Under the pieces are notes generated by a model. The model was given only the letters and a program-made list of their open reading frames with translations, did no database searches and was not told the DNA's origin. 64,000 nt of DNA from Candidatus Uhrbacteria bacterium (GTDB lineage: Bacteria; Patescibacteriota; Patescibacteriia; UBA9934). Shown here piece after piece: positions 9,563 through 20,152 of this stretch. The stretch spans positions 12,081 through 76,080 of the forward strand of contig CALRHD010000003.1 in the NCBI GenBank assembly GCA_943359325.1, read 5' to 3'. The translations under genes and the position numbers were made by a program. How positions within the stretch are numbered: position 1 is the first letter of the stretch; the number at the start of each line of letters is the position of its first letter.

Positions 9563-10668
9563 AAAAAAGTTTGAATGCAAAACTGAAGATGCTCTCGGCA
9601 TTGAAAGATGATCCGAATTTTGGTGGTCGCAGTCTTGTGGTTCGTGCCGAGCAAAAAGCAAAGATCATGGCCGCGATCGGTCACGACGTGAATGCCGCGC
9701 CTGTTCCCTACACCATTTTCGATTACCTCACCTATTATCGCGCAACCATGATGCCTGTTGCCATCCGTTCGTTCGGCGCCGTTGCGGCCGTCTTCGCCAT
9801 TTTCATTGGCGGCTGGATGACGACTGTCAACGCGGCGTCGAAGAGTTTACCGGGCGACGCGCTCTACGGATTCAAAATTATTACTGAGCAAGTGCAGTTG
9901 CGGCTCGCGTCACTCGAGGAACGCGCAGTGCTGCATACTGAGTTTGCGGCAAATCGCCTCGAAGAAGCGGTCACACTACAGAAAAACGGTTCGCCGTCGG
10001 GCGATAGCAATGTGCAGGATGCATTTGACGCATTCACACGTGAAGTCGCGTCGGCAAGCACAGACTTGCAGACGCTCAAAGAAAACGGCAGTGCGGACGC
10101 CGTTGCAACCGCAGGTCAGGTTGAGCAAAAACTTGCAACGCTCGACACCGTGCTCGATGAATCCGTCGCCGCCGCACCAGACGCATTTGCAACCGTCGCC
10201 GTACAAGAGGCGCAAGACGCCTCGCGCGAAACACAAACAACCGCCGTCGCCGTCGTCGTCGATACGCACGAAGAAACCGAAAGCGCACAAACCGCAAATG
10301 CACTTCGCGAAATGTTCATGCGTGAACTCGGCACGCTCACTGCACGGCAAACGTTCGACCTTCACCGCATTGCCGTCCTCCGTAACGCTATTCATGCGAA
10401 CGACGAGCGTCTGGCCGCAGCAATGCTGCCGACGAGTGCGGAACTCGGTATTCTGGAGCGAGACATTAAAACAGCCGCCGTACATATCAGTGACGCCACG
10501 ACACTTTACAACGTCAACGACTATCGCGGCGCATTCGCAACGCTTCGCAGTGTCGACGGCGACCTGCAACAAACCGAAACACGCATGGCACAAGCCGAAA
10601 TCGCCATCACGCAATCGTTCACTCCACCTGCAGTAGTCACGTCTCCTTCTGCGCCCGATCTCGAGTAA
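9559..10668 (+). CDS. DUF5667-domain membrane protein, putative anti-sigma factor
   Basis: Overlaps the sigma stop codon; single TM followed by the SLPGDALYGFK..E motif and a helical C-terminus. Confidence 0.7.
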   Translation: MKKSLNAKLKMLSALKDDPNFGGRSLVVRAEQKAKIMAAIGHDVNAAPVPYTIFDYLTYYRATMMPVAIRSFGAVAAVFAIFIGGWMTTVNAASKSLPGDALYGFKIITEQVQLRLASLEERAVLHTEFAANRLEEAVTLQKNGSPSGDSNVQDAFDAFTREVASASTDLQTLKENGSADAVATAGQVEQKLATLDTVLDESVAAAPDAFATVAVQEAQDASRETQTTAVAVVVDTHEETESAQTANALREMFMRELGTLTARQTFDLHRIAVLRNAIHANDERLAAAMLPTSAELGILERDIKTAAVHISDATTLYNVNDYRGAFATLRSVDGDLQQTETRMAQAEIAITQSFTPPAVVTSPSAPDLE

Positions 10669-10816
10669 GAGCTTCCTCTCTCGAAGGTCGGCCGCGAAGG
10701 GCACGCGCCCTGCATGATTTTCACACTACGGAAACATTCAAAGGTCGGGACCGCACGGTCATGTTTCCTCCATTCTTAATCCGCCTTCGGGTGGAAAACT
10801 AGAGACATTACTTCCT

Positions 10817-13800
10817 ATGCAACACACGTTGCAATCAGCAAAGCGTTTCCTCTCTGTCGCAGTTGCGGCAGCGACGATCGCGTTCACCGTCGGCATTCTT
10901 GGCCTCGTTCAGCCTTCAACGGCTCTCGGCGCTTCGGCTGGCGACCTTATCAAAGGTTCACTTTCGACTGTCTATTACTACGGTTACGACGGTCAACGCT
11001 ACACTTTCCCGAACGAGAAAACATACATGACCTGGTACACTGATTTCAGTGACGTCACGACCATTTCCGACAGCGCACTCGCCGACATCACACTCGGTGG
11101 TAACGTTGTATACCGCTGGGGTTCCCGCTGGGTCAAAATCCAGTCCGACCCTAAGGTTTACGCAGTCTCAACAGACGGCGCAATCCACTGGATCGAATCT
11201 GAAGCAGTCGCAACGGCATTTGCTGGCTCGAACTGGGCAAGCAACGTCCACGACGTGCCTGATTCATTCTTCGTCGACTACACCGTCGGCGCATCGCTCA
11301 TGAGTGCAACTGCCTACGACGGCATGATGTACATGGACGGTGGCAGCTACTACCTCGCATGGGGTGGTGAAATGCGTATGGTGACGAGCGCAGGTCGTTC
11401 GACCAACGGTCTTCAAGCGTCCTTCTACCTCGATGGTACGGGCATTGACGACAGCGCATTGACGGCAGGTGTCGACATTACGGGCGCAGTAGGCTCACTC
11501 ATGGATCCGGCACAAACCGTTTCCGATGATGTAAGCAGCGCAACGGGTGACCTCACTCTTTCGTTGTCCTCTTCAACCGCAGCTGCAGCATCTATCCCAG
11601 GTGCAGCAAACTCGGTCGAAGTTTTCAGCTTTAACGTACGTGCAGGCAGCGAGGACGCTTCGCTCGACGCCCTCACCCTCAAAATGGTTGGTGCAGGTGC
11701 AACAACGAACATCCGAAACGTCTTCTTGTACGAGGGCTCGACACGTTTGACCGAGGCACGCTCGGTGAACGCTTCCACTCGTGAATCCGTGTTCTCCAAC
11801 TTGGACTTCGCGGTAGAATCGGGTGACACGCGCACCATCACGGTTCGCATCGAAGCCGCACTTGCACAGGCCGCAGCAGACACCTTTGGGTTCTCCATCG
11901 TGAGTGCCGCCTCGGTTACTGCTTCCGGTGACGTTGCGGGCAGCTTCCCAATTACGGGATCAACATTCACCTTCACAGGTTCGGATGTCGGCTACCTTGA
12001 CATCGACAAGTCGGGTTCGATTACGAATCCGAACATCGGTGAAGATGACGCGATCATCGGCAACTTCAAAATTGCAACAACGAACGAGGCAGCCTCGATC
12101 GAAATGATGAACATCCAAATTAACAACGCATCCGACCACAGCGATTTCTGGCTTTGGGACGGTGACGTACCACTTGTCGAGGGCGTACATTCCTCGCAAG
12201 ACAACGTGCTCTTTGACCTTTCTGGTTCCCCATTTGCAATCGCAAACGGTTCCAGCAACATTTTCTCGGTCTCTGCCGACATTGGTGGAAAGAACGGTGA
12301 CGATGTGGGCGTTTTCTTCGACAACGAAGTTGACGTAGAGGCAATTGGTGGCAACTTTGGTTTCGGCATGTGTGTCGACATCGGAGACGCTATTTGTACG
12401 GGCAGCACCGCGCTGGGTACGTACGATGGCGCAACCAGCTGTGACGCAACCACAGACGACTGTTCGTTTAGTGACGTCACAGGCGGCGACGTGACTATTA
12501 CGCACAACGGTCCTACTGTTGGCGATGTGCAGGTCAATAGCCAGGAGCAGATTCTTATGAACTTCACTATTACTTCGATAGAGGAAGTTACCATTAGGGA
12601 TTTGGACATCCAGGTTGCTGCAGATGACGATAACGACGCCGACGCAACCGACGGTGTAGAAACCGGCGATACAGACGCCGATGGTCTTATTAACGACGGT
12701 TCAGAGGCAAACTTGAAGGACATCAAGATCATCGACACCGATACGGGTGCGGTGGTTATGGGTCCTCTTGAACTCGACACCGCAACCGACGATGTTTCTA
12801 GCGAAACATCGTTGACCGGTACCGCAGAAGACGCACTCCAGATCATCGACTTTACCGATGACTGGACAATGCAGGCAGGCGAAGTGCGCCACCTTGCGGT
12901 TTCTGTGGACGTGGACAACGGCTTGACCGCAGCAGAAACGCTCGTTGCAATCTTCGACATCAGCGGCCTTGTAGTGAGAGATGTCAACGGCGATACGCTT
13001 GCAACAACGGCAGTCGTTCCTTCGGGCGACATTACGGGCTACACACAAACGGCACGCGCAGCAACAGTTGTCGTCGCGCTTGCCAGCACGCCAGGTGACG
13101 TCACGTCTGTTGACGGTTCACAAAATGTGCTCGTAAACGCATTCAGCTTCGTCGTTGGTACGGCAAGCGATGTGCATGTGAGCTCGATCAAGGTGAGCGT
13201 GTACGCCGATGAAGACAACTCTGGTACGTTTACCGCGGGTGACGTTTCAGGTGCCGATGTCAATGACTTCCTTGCATCGTGTTACTTGACGGACACCGCA
13301 GGAAACCAGCTTGGTACTGCAGAATCTCCAATCAGCACAGGTATAAGCTTTACAGTGAACACCGTTGACTGGGACGTTGTTGCTGGCGCAACAGAAACGT
13401 TGAAGGTGTACTGTAACTTCAACAACCCATCCGATGGTACAGACGACAACGCGTTCGCATTCGATATCGCCGATTTGTCGGAAGACATTATCGCGCAGGA
13501 CGAAGACGGCAACGATGTCGACCCAACCGCAGACGCGCCAAACGGTGGTACGTCGCCAACGAACTCCACATACATTCAGGATGCGGGTAGCGTTGTTGCA
13601 ACGGCAAGCGCGAACACGCCAAGTGCAGACTTTGTCTTGACGTCTTCGACCGACACCCATGTCGCGTCGTACACGTTCACGGCAACAAACGAAGACTTTG
13701 AAGTCCAGACGATTTCGTTCTCTGAAGAAGAAGCCGAAGACGACCAGTGTGGTTTCTCTGGCCAATCCGCAACCCAGCTTGCGAACACTGGAATTTCTGC

Positions 13801-15118
13801 AAACTGTTCCGCGTCGCTCGGTGACGACACATTGTACGCAAACAACATTTCTCTCGTAACGATTGCCTACCCACTTGAGGATGGCACCACGAACGAAGAA
13901 ACGTCAGTGATGTCGAGCAACCAAGTCAAATTCAGCCTTACGTCTGGCGAATACTTCTACGTTCCCGTGGGTGACCCACAGGACATCGATGTATACGTGA
14001 ACGTTCCGCTTACTGCCCGCGATGCAGGTGGTAGCGCAACGAGCAACGAAGAAATCCGCATGGGTCTCTTTGTCGACGTAACGAATGATGACAACTTCAA
14101 AGCAGTCGGTATCGGTTCCGGTATCACGGAAGACGATGACGACGAAGCAGCGATCGGCGACGACCGCTACGCGACAGATGGCATTGCCACCTTCGTGGTG
14201 CGTGAAACCAAGCCAACAGTAAGCCTTTCTTCTTCGAGCCCATCGGGCGCAGCAGTCCCTGGACTTATCGAAGCATTGCGCTTCAACGTTGCGGCATCTT
14301 CGAACGAAGATGTTGTCATCGACCAGATCACCTTCAAACTTACCCTAACGGACAACGCTGGCGACGGCACTCCGGACTGGAACGAGTGTGATACCAACCT
14401 TGGTACCGCTGCACTCGACGACAGTGAATTCAGCATCTATAACTTGTCGGAAAGCTCGAGCACACAGCTCGACACCGCAGACACAGACTGGATTCTTTGG
14501 GACACGACAGGTGCAATCTGTACCACAAGCGCCGCAAACACCGGTTTTGCAACGATCGACTTCCCAACGGCAGAAATTGTGCCAAAGGGCAGCACGTACA
14601 CCTATTCGTTGAAGATCGATGTGACGAGTGCAAGCTCGTCGAGCGACGACGCTATCCGCGTTGACATCAACACGGATCCAATCATCTCTACGTGGATTGT
14701 TGGTGCAGGCGATTTGACCCTGACCACACTCACTGTTGCCGCCACGTCACTTGACGTCGCAACAGTTGGTAGCTTCTACAAGGGTGACGTTCTCTGTCTC
14801 GACGTCGATGACGGCGGTGCAGCAGACTGTGATGCCACGGAGGAGCGCTACCTCATTGTTGACTGTGACGACGCAACAACAGACAACGTCTGTACCGTCG
14901 ATCCAACAGTCAATCGTGGATACATGAACTCCCTGCGCACACTTGACGACAACACGCTCGGAAACCTCATCGTCGCAGCAGACGGTTTGCTCCGTGCATT
15001 GGGCGGCATCCTGTGGCAGGACGACGGCACCACCGCAGAAGGTACAACGTACCAGACGCGTTGGGGCGGTTACCTCGTCGACAACCTCGACGTGAACGGC
15101 GGAACGCTCGTCTTCTAA
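10817..15118 (+). CDS. Large secreted S-layer-like/cell-surface protein (1433 aa)
   Basis: Signal peptide, Patescibacteria-type AGDLIKG..VYY..DG.RY.FPNEKTY.TWY domain and acidic beta-rich repeats; strongly biased codon usage. Confidence 0.75.
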   Translation: MQHTLQSAKRFLSVAVAAATIAFTVGILGLVQPSTALGASAGDLIKGSLSTVYYYGYDGQRYTFPNEKTYMTWYTDFSDVTTISDSALADITLGGNVVYRWGSRWVKIQSDPKVYAVSTDGAIHWIESEAVATAFAGSNWASNVHDVPDSFFVDYTVGASLMSATAYDGMMYMDGGSYYLAWGGEMRMVTSAGRSTNGLQASFYLDGTGIDDSALTAGVDITGAVGSLMDPAQTVSDDVSSATGDLTLSLSSSTAAAASIPGAANSVEVFSFNVRAGSEDASLDALTLKMVGAGATTNIRNVFLYEGSTRLTEARSVNASTRESVFSNLDFAVESGDTRTITVRIEAALAQAAADTFGFSIVSAASVTASGDVAGSFPITGSTFTFTGSDVGYLDIDKSGSITNPNIGEDDAIIGNFKIATTNEAASIEMMNIQINNASDHSDFWLWDGDVPLVEGVHSSQDNVLFDLSGSPFAIANGSSNIFSVSADIGGKNGDDVGVFFDNEVDVEAIGGNFGFGMCVDIGDAICTGSTALGTYDGATSCDATTDDCSFSDVTGGDVTITHNGPTVGDVQVNSQEQILMNFTITSIEEVTIRDLDIQVAADDDNDADATDGVETGDTDADGLINDGSEANLKDIKIIDTDTGAVVMGPLELDTATDDVSSETSLTGTAEDALQIIDFTDDWTMQAGEVRHLAVSVDVDNGLTAAETLVAIFDISGLVVRDVNGDTLATTAVVPSGDITGYTQTARAATVVVALASTPGDVTSVDGSQNVLVNAFSFVVGTASDVHVSSIKVSVYADEDNSGTFTAGDVSGADVNDFLASCYLTDTAGNQLGTAESPISTGISFTVNTVDWDVVAGATETLKVYCNFNNPSDGTDDNAFAFDIADLSEDIIAQDEDGNDVDPTADAPNGGTSPTNSTYIQDAGSVVATASANTPSADFVLTSSTDTHVASYTFTATNEDFEVQTISFSEEEAEDDQCGFSGQSATQLANTGISANCSASLGDDTLYANNISLVTIAYPLEDGTTNEETSVMSSNQVKFSLTSGEYFYVPVGDPQDIDVYVNVPLTARDAGGSATSNEEIRMGLFVDVTNDDNFKAVGIGSGITEDDDDEAAIGDDRYATDGIATFVVRETKPTVSLSSSSPSGAAVPGLIEALRFNVAASSNEDVVIDQITFKLTLTDNAGDGTPDWNECDTNLGTAALDDSEFSIYNLSESSSTQLDTADTDWILWDTTGAICTTSAANTGFATIDFPTAEIVPKGSTYTYSLKIDVTSASSSSDDAIRVDINTDPIISTWIVGAGDLTLTTLTVAATSLDVATVGSFYKGDVLCLDVDDGGAADCDATEERYLIVDCDDATTDNVCTVDPTVNRGYMNSLRTLDDNTLGNLIVAADGLLRALGGILWQDDGTTAEGTTYQTRWGGYLVDNLDVNGGTLVF

Positions 15119-15156
15119 ACAAAGATTCGCGTAACGTTCGTCCAAAGAAAGGTAAA

Positions 15157-15185
15157 GAAAAGCCCGGCCTCTCGCCGGGCTTTTC
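15157..15185 (+). terminator. Intrinsic terminator
   Basis: gaaaagcccggc-ctctc-gccgggcttttc. Confidence 0.75.
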
Positions 15186-15226
15186 GATTTGCCCATTTTT
15201 TGCTTTGCCATTAGAATGCTTGCTAT

Positions 15227-15922
15227 ATGCATGATATTCGTCGAATCGTTCTTTGGGGGTTGTGTGGGGCTGTTGTACTCGGATTGCTTATTGCAGGAGG
15301 CGTCTACCAGTATCAAAAGAGTCATACCCCGAATGCGGGATTGACACTTTGGCGTGAAACGCAGATGGACGACGCAACGCGTTCGCTTTTTTCGCAACGT
15401 CTTGCAACCACACAAGCAGCAATTGCAGCCAAACAATCTGCGGGCGAAGTAATAGAAACGGATTTGTATGCATCGTTGGCATTCGATGCGTATGTATTGG
15501 GTGACCTGGCCGTGGCACGCGCGGCATATGAACACATGTTGAATGAAAACTCTCTCTATTCTGTTGCGTGGAACGAATATGCAAAAGTGTTAGACGACAT
15601 GGGTGATTATCAGGGTGCAGAAAGTGCGTTTTTACAGGCAATTGAAACAGGGAAGTTGGAGCAATATTACATAAGTTATGTCGAATTTTTACAGCATCGT
15701 TTTCCTGAGCGTGACGAAGCAGTAAAAATTGTTCTTGAACAGGGCGTCATCGCCGTCGGTCAGAAACAGCTCCTCATGGTGCATCTTGGCGATTGGTACG
15801 CCGAGCACGGAGACTGCGACCGCGCGATTGCGCACTTTAATGTCGCAAAAACCCTCAACCCCGCCGCAAAAGAAAGCATTGAACAAAAAATTGCCGAAGC
15901 GCGAGAGATATGTGCTCAATAA
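15227..15922 (+). CDS. Membrane-anchored TPR protein
   Basis: N-terminal TM and TPR-like helices (AWNEYA..MGDYQGAESAFLQAI; LGDWYAEHGD..RAIAHF). Confidence 0.75.
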   Translation: MHDIRRIVLWGLCGAVVLGLLIAGGVYQYQKSHTPNAGLTLWRETQMDDATRSLFSQRLATTQAAIAAKQSAGEVIETDLYASLAFDAYVLGDLAVARAAYEHMLNENSLYSVAWNEYAKVLDDMGDYQGAESAFLQAIETGKLEQYYISYVEFLQHRFPERDEAVKIVLEQGVIAVGQKQLLMVHLGDWYAEHGDCDRAIAHFNVAKTLNPAAKESIEQKIAEAREICAQ

Positions 15923-15928
15923 ACTTTC

Positions 15929-15966
15929 CGTGTGGCTTAGCCACACGGCGGGTGGTTTAGCCACCC
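15929..15966. repeat. REP doublet, dispersed copy of the RAYT-flanking repeat
   Basis: cgtgtggcttagccacacggcgggtggtttagccaccc matches 37758-37793 and 38473-38511. Confidence 0.85.
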
Positions 15967-15972
15967 AGTGTT

Positions 15973-18066
15973 ATGACAAGTCGGCGTGATGTGACTACAT
16001 TTGTACCCCTCTTTTTCTCCCTCCTTTTCCTGCTGGCGGATCCTCTTTCCGCTCTTGCAATTACGCCACGCGACCCACATTTTATTGAACAAACGTATTT
16101 ACAAACTATTGCGGCACCCGCAGCATGGGACGTCGAAACAGGGTCGTCGAGCGTGGTTGTTGCGGTGCTCGACACGGGCGTCGATCTTGACCACCCTGAT
16201 TTGAAGGGCAATATTTGGTCGAATGACGACGAAGAGGCGGGAAATGGTGTGGACGATGACGACAACGGATTTGTGGACGATGTGAATGGTTGGGACTTTG
16301 TGCAAGACGACAATACGGTGACACCAAGCCCGTCAGGAAGTGAAGTCGCTGTGTCGCACGGAACGGTTATCGCAGGCATTATCGGCGCTCGCGGCGATAA
16401 TGGCGTTGGTGTGACGGGCGTTGCGTGGAATGTGAAAATTATGTCGGTGCGCATGCTGAATGCGAGCGGTTCGGGCGACTCGGCCACGGCGGCAAACGCC
16501 GTCGACTACGCGGTGCGGAATGGTGCCGATATTATTAATTTGAGTTTTGCGGGTGATACTGCGGATTCTGTGTTGCGTACGGCAATTGAACGGGCGTATA
16601 AGGCAGGTGTGATTGTGGTTGCGGCAATGGGAAATGAAGGGCGAGACACCGACAGCGAAGCGGTGTATCCTGCGTGTTTATATAAAGGTACACAAGACTG
16701 GGTGATTGGCGTTGCGTCGTCGAGTGGTACGGACACTGCGTCGACGTTTTCGAATTACGGCAAAACGTGCACCGATATTTCTGCTCCGGGAGAAGATGTG
16801 TACACGACGGAGTATTACGACAAACCAGCAGGATTCACGCGGCCATATGGCGGCGGGTGGTCGGGAACGTCGATGGCGTCGCCGATTGTTGCGGGTGCCG
16901 TAGCGTTGTTGCGGGCCGCATTCCCGACGATTAGCGTCGACAATGTGCGGAACGCGCTGAAACTTTCGGTTGATCCACTGCACGTCACTCTCTCGCAACG
17001 CGGCAAGTATGGCGCGGGGCGATTGAACGTCGCAAATGCATTGACGGTGGCTGCACAATTATTGGGCGTTGAGCCAGAAGCGGACGATAATGCAACGGGC
17101 GATGTCGCAACCGAAGCATCGCCAAGCGAAGACGTGCTCGTAGGGGACGGCCTTGTGCCGTCCCTCGCACCATCTCGCATCGTCACGGGTGCAACTTCTG
17201 GCGCTGCGCCAATGGTTGACGTGCGGCGGCCAGACGGCACAGAGGTTGCGCAGTTTTTAGCATACGCCGACGGATTCATGGGTGGGCTACATGTTGCGGT
17301 GGGCGACGTCGACGGCGACGGGAAGCCGAATGTGGTCACAGGGGCAGGAACAGGTGGTGGCCCTCATGTTCGGGTGTTTACAGAAAGCGGTGCGCTCGTG
17401 AGTCAATTTTTCCCGTATGCGACGTCGGGTCGCGGCGGGGTAGAAGTTGCGACGGGTGACGTCGACGGTGACGACGTGGACGAAATCGTGACTGCTGTTG
17501 GCGCAGGAGTTTCGCACGACGTTGTTGCGTGGTCGGCGCGCGGCGAAGAACGTGTGCGGTTCACGGTGAATGCGTTTGCGGCGAATGCGCCGTTGCGTGT
17601 TGCGGTGGGCGATGTTGATGGCGATGGCAGGGGCGAGTTTCTTGTGACCGCAGGTGCGGGATTTAGCCCAAAGATTGCCGTGTACGACACCGATGGAACG
17701 TTTTTGCGCGAGTTCGCTCCGTATGGCACGACGTTTATGGGCGGAGTATATGTTGCGGCGGGCGATGTGAATGGTGACGGTACAGACGAAATTATTACGG
17801 GCACGGGTGACGGCGGCGGGCCGCAGGTTCGCGTTTTTAATGCGATCGGTGCAGTCATTGGTTCGTTTTTCGCGTTCGACGAATCGTCGCGTTACGGTGT
17901 TCACGTTGCTTCGGCTGACACCAACCGCGACAGCGTTGATGAAATTATTGCGTCTCCAGGATCGTCGTCAACACTCTTAAAAATTCTCACAGACAAAGGC
18001 GTCCTCATCTCGACATTTTCCGTCAATCTCACAGGAAAAGAAGGCACCGCCATCGCGGCGTGGTAG
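15973..18066 (+). CDS. S8 subtilisin-like serine protease with C-terminal FG-GAP-like repeats
   Basis: VAVLDTG, HGTVIAG and SGTSMASP catalytic motifs; repeated VAxGDVDGDG..I and GGGPxVRVF. Confidence 0.9.
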   Translation: MTSRRDVTTFVPLFFSLLFLLADPLSALAITPRDPHFIEQTYLQTIAAPAAWDVETGSSSVVVAVLDTGVDLDHPDLKGNIWSNDDEEAGNGVDDDDNGFVDDVNGWDFVQDDNTVTPSPSGSEVAVSHGTVIAGIIGARGDNGVGVTGVAWNVKIMSVRMLNASGSGDSATAANAVDYAVRNGADIINLSFAGDTADSVLRTAIERAYKAGVIVVAAMGNEGRDTDSEAVYPACLYKGTQDWVIGVASSSGTDTASTFSNYGKTCTDISAPGEDVYTTEYYDKPAGFTRPYGGGWSGTSMASPIVAGAVALLRAAFPTISVDNVRNALKLSVDPLHVTLSQRGKYGAGRLNVANALTVAAQLLGVEPEADDNATGDVATEASPSEDVLVGDGLVPSLAPSRIVTGATSGAAPMVDVRRPDGTEVAQFLAYADGFMGGLHVAVGDVDGDGKPNVVTGAGTGGGPHVRVFTESGALVSQFFPYATSGRGGVEVATGDVDGDDVDEIVTAVGAGVSHDVVAWSARGEERVRFTVNAFAANAPLRVAVGDVDGDGRGEFLVTAGAGFSPKIAVYDTDGTFLREFAPYGTTFMGGVYVAAGDVNGDGTDEIITGTGDGGGPQVRVFNAIGAVIGSFFAFDESSRYGVHVASADTNRDSVDEIIASPGSSSTLLKILTDKGVLISTFSVNLTGKEGTAIAAW

Positions 18067-18105
18067 AATGACTGAGAATAAATACCTGATACGATAATAA
18101 AAAGT

Positions 18106-19104
18106 ATGGAAAAACGTACAGCAGTTGTCACAGGAGGTGCAGGGTTTATTGGGTCGTTTGTATGTGAGAAGTTACTGAAAGACGGCCTGCGTGTTATTTG
18201 CATCGACAATTTTAGTACGGGGCATGTGCGCAATATCGATGCGATGTTGCGGAACCCCGACTTTCAATTTCTCAAACTTGATATCAATACACCGTTCGAT
18301 CTCGAGTCATTTTCCGAACTTGAACCGTTCAAAGTAAAATTTTTGGGCGTACAAGAGGTGTATCATCTTGCCGTGCCAACCGTCGTCAACAAATTTAGCG
18401 AGTATCGCATGCAAACGCTGCTTGCGAATTCGGTCGGCACACGCAACGTGCTCGACATGGCAACGAAATATAAAGCGAAGGTAGTGTTTGGTTCTGCGGC
18501 GGTGGTGTATGGCGGAAGAAGAGGCGACAAAGAAATTTTTGCGGAAGGCGATGTGGGCGCGTTCGACCACCTCAATCCACGCGGCTGTTACAACGAAGGA
18601 AAGCGTTTTGCGGAAACGATGTGTGCAACGTATGCCGACGTCAATGGTATCGACGTAAAAATCGCGCGCATTTTTCGCACATACGGTCCGCGCATGCCGC
18701 TCCATCACGGTCACCAAATTCCCGATTTTATTTTGCACGCGCTCGATGGCAAAGACATCGTTATCAACGGCGACGAAAAAGCAATGACTGCACTCGTCTA
18801 TGTGAGTGACGTTGTCGACGGACTCGTGCGGCTCATGCACGCCGAAAAGGGGACGACGCCCGTGAACCTCGGCAGTGACGTCGAAATCCCCATGCAGGCG
18901 ATTGCTGAACAGGTGATTGCCATGACGGGCTCCGCGGTGCACGTGACGTTTGCCGAACCGCCGCCATATTTGCTTGCGCTTGGGCTGCCAAGTCTCACGA
19001 AGGTTCGTGAGTCATTGGGCTGGATGCCGCTCGTACGGCTCGAAGACGGTTTGAAAAAAACTGTTGAGTATATTCGCGCGAATAAGGCACTATTGACGCA
19101 ATAG
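18106..19104 (+). CDS. NAD-dependent epimerase/dehydratase, UDP-glucuronate decarboxylase-like (degenerate active site)
   Basis: TGGAGFIGS, CYNEGKRFAE and ARIF.TYGPRM are present; the canonical ASTSEVYG is replaced by GSAAVVYG. Confidence 0.8.
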   Translation: MEKRTAVVTGGAGFIGSFVCEKLLKDGLRVICIDNFSTGHVRNIDAMLRNPDFQFLKLDINTPFDLESFSELEPFKVKFLGVQEVYHLAVPTVVNKFSEYRMQTLLANSVGTRNVLDMATKYKAKVVFGSAAVVYGGRRGDKEIFAEGDVGAFDHLNPRGCYNEGKRFAETMCATYADVNGIDVKIARIFRTYGPRMPLHHGHQIPDFILHALDGKDIVINGDEKAMTALVYVSDVVDGLVRLMHAEKGTTPVNLGSDVEIPMQAIAEQVIAMTGSAVHVTFAEPPPYLLALGLPSLTKVRESLGWMPLVRLEDGLKKTVEYIRANKALLTQ

Positions 19105-19129
19105 GGGTGGTAGGAGACGATAGCTGCTT

Positions 19130-19804
19130 ATGAAAATAGTTGCGGTTATTCCTGCGTACAACGAGGAAACACGCATCGAACAAGCGATCCGCGATGCGGG
19201 TCGTTTTGTCGACGTCGTCGTGGTCGTTGATGACTGCTCGCTCGATAACACTTATTCTGAGGCGTCTGGGACGCCTGCCCATCTGCTCCGCCACATTTTG
19301 AATCGCGGGCAAGGAGCGGCATTGCAAACGGGAACAGACTACGCGGTCGAAAAATGTGGTGCAGATATTATTGTGCATTTCGATGCCGACGGGCAAATGG
19401 CGGGCGATGAGATCCCAACGCTCACGGAACTGATCAGAAACGGCGAGGCGGATGTTGTGCTCGGCTCGCGATTTTTGGGGAAGCAGGCAAATATGCCACT
19501 CATGCGGCGAATAACGTTATGGGGAGGACTAATGTTCACAAGGATTATTTCTGGCGTCGCGACGACCGATACGCATAATGGATTTCGTGCACTGTCAAAA
19601 AATGCCGCAAAAAAAATGCGCATCACCCTCGACCGCATGGCGCATGCTTCAGAAATTCTCGACTTGTTACAAATCCACAAACTCCGTTACGTCGAACGTC
19701 CTGTGACAATTCGCTATACGAAAGGTACTCTGGCAAAAGGTCAATCGTCGCTCGGCGCTTTCGTCATTGTCAAAGATTTTATAGAAAAACGTCTCTTGGG
19801 CTAA
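19130..19804 (+). CDS. Glycosyltransferase family 2 (DPM-synthase-like)
   Basis: IPAYNEE, VDDCS.D, NRGQGAAL, FDADGQ and DTHNGFRA motifs. Confidence 0.9.
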   Translation: MKIVAVIPAYNEETRIEQAIRDAGRFVDVVVVVDDCSLDNTYSEASGTPAHLLRHILNRGQGAALQTGTDYAVEKCGADIIVHFDADGQMAGDEIPTLTELIRNGEADVVLGSRFLGKQANMPLMRRITLWGGLMFTRIISGVATTDTHNGFRALSKNAAKKMRITLDRMAHASEILDLLQIHKLRYVERPVTIRYTKGTLAKGQSSLGAFVIVKDFIEKRLLG

Positions 19805-19807
19805 TCT

Positions 19808-20152
19808 ATGTTGTTCCAAATCGCCATCATTGCCTTCGCGCTTATTATGCTCCTCCGTACATGGAAGCAGCATAGCGCGCAAAAAGTCACCAAACAGTGG
19901 CTTGTGTTGTGGGCCGTGGTGTGGCTCGTCATTATTGCTGTTGCCATTGCACCACAGACCGCTGACGCGATTGCGGCAATTGTTGGCGTTGGTCGTGGTG
20001 CGGATCTATTCGTCTACATCGCCATTCTCTTTTTACTATACGCCGAGTACCGCACACTTGTTCGAACGAAAAAATTGCACGAACAGCAAACGGAGTTGGT
20101 ACGGCGTATTGCAATCGAGAATGCAAGGCATGGTGAACATGAGGAACGGTGA
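19808..20152 (+). CDS. DUF2304 family membrane protein
   Basis: Three TMs, GVGRGADL motif and a TELVRRIAI tail; follows a GT2 gene. Confidence 0.8.
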   Translation: MLFQIAIIAFALIMLLRTWKQHSAQKVTKQWLVLWAVVWLVIIAVAIAPQTADAIAAIVGVGRGADLFVYIAILFLLYAEYRTLVRTKKLHEQQTELVRRIAIENARHGEHEER

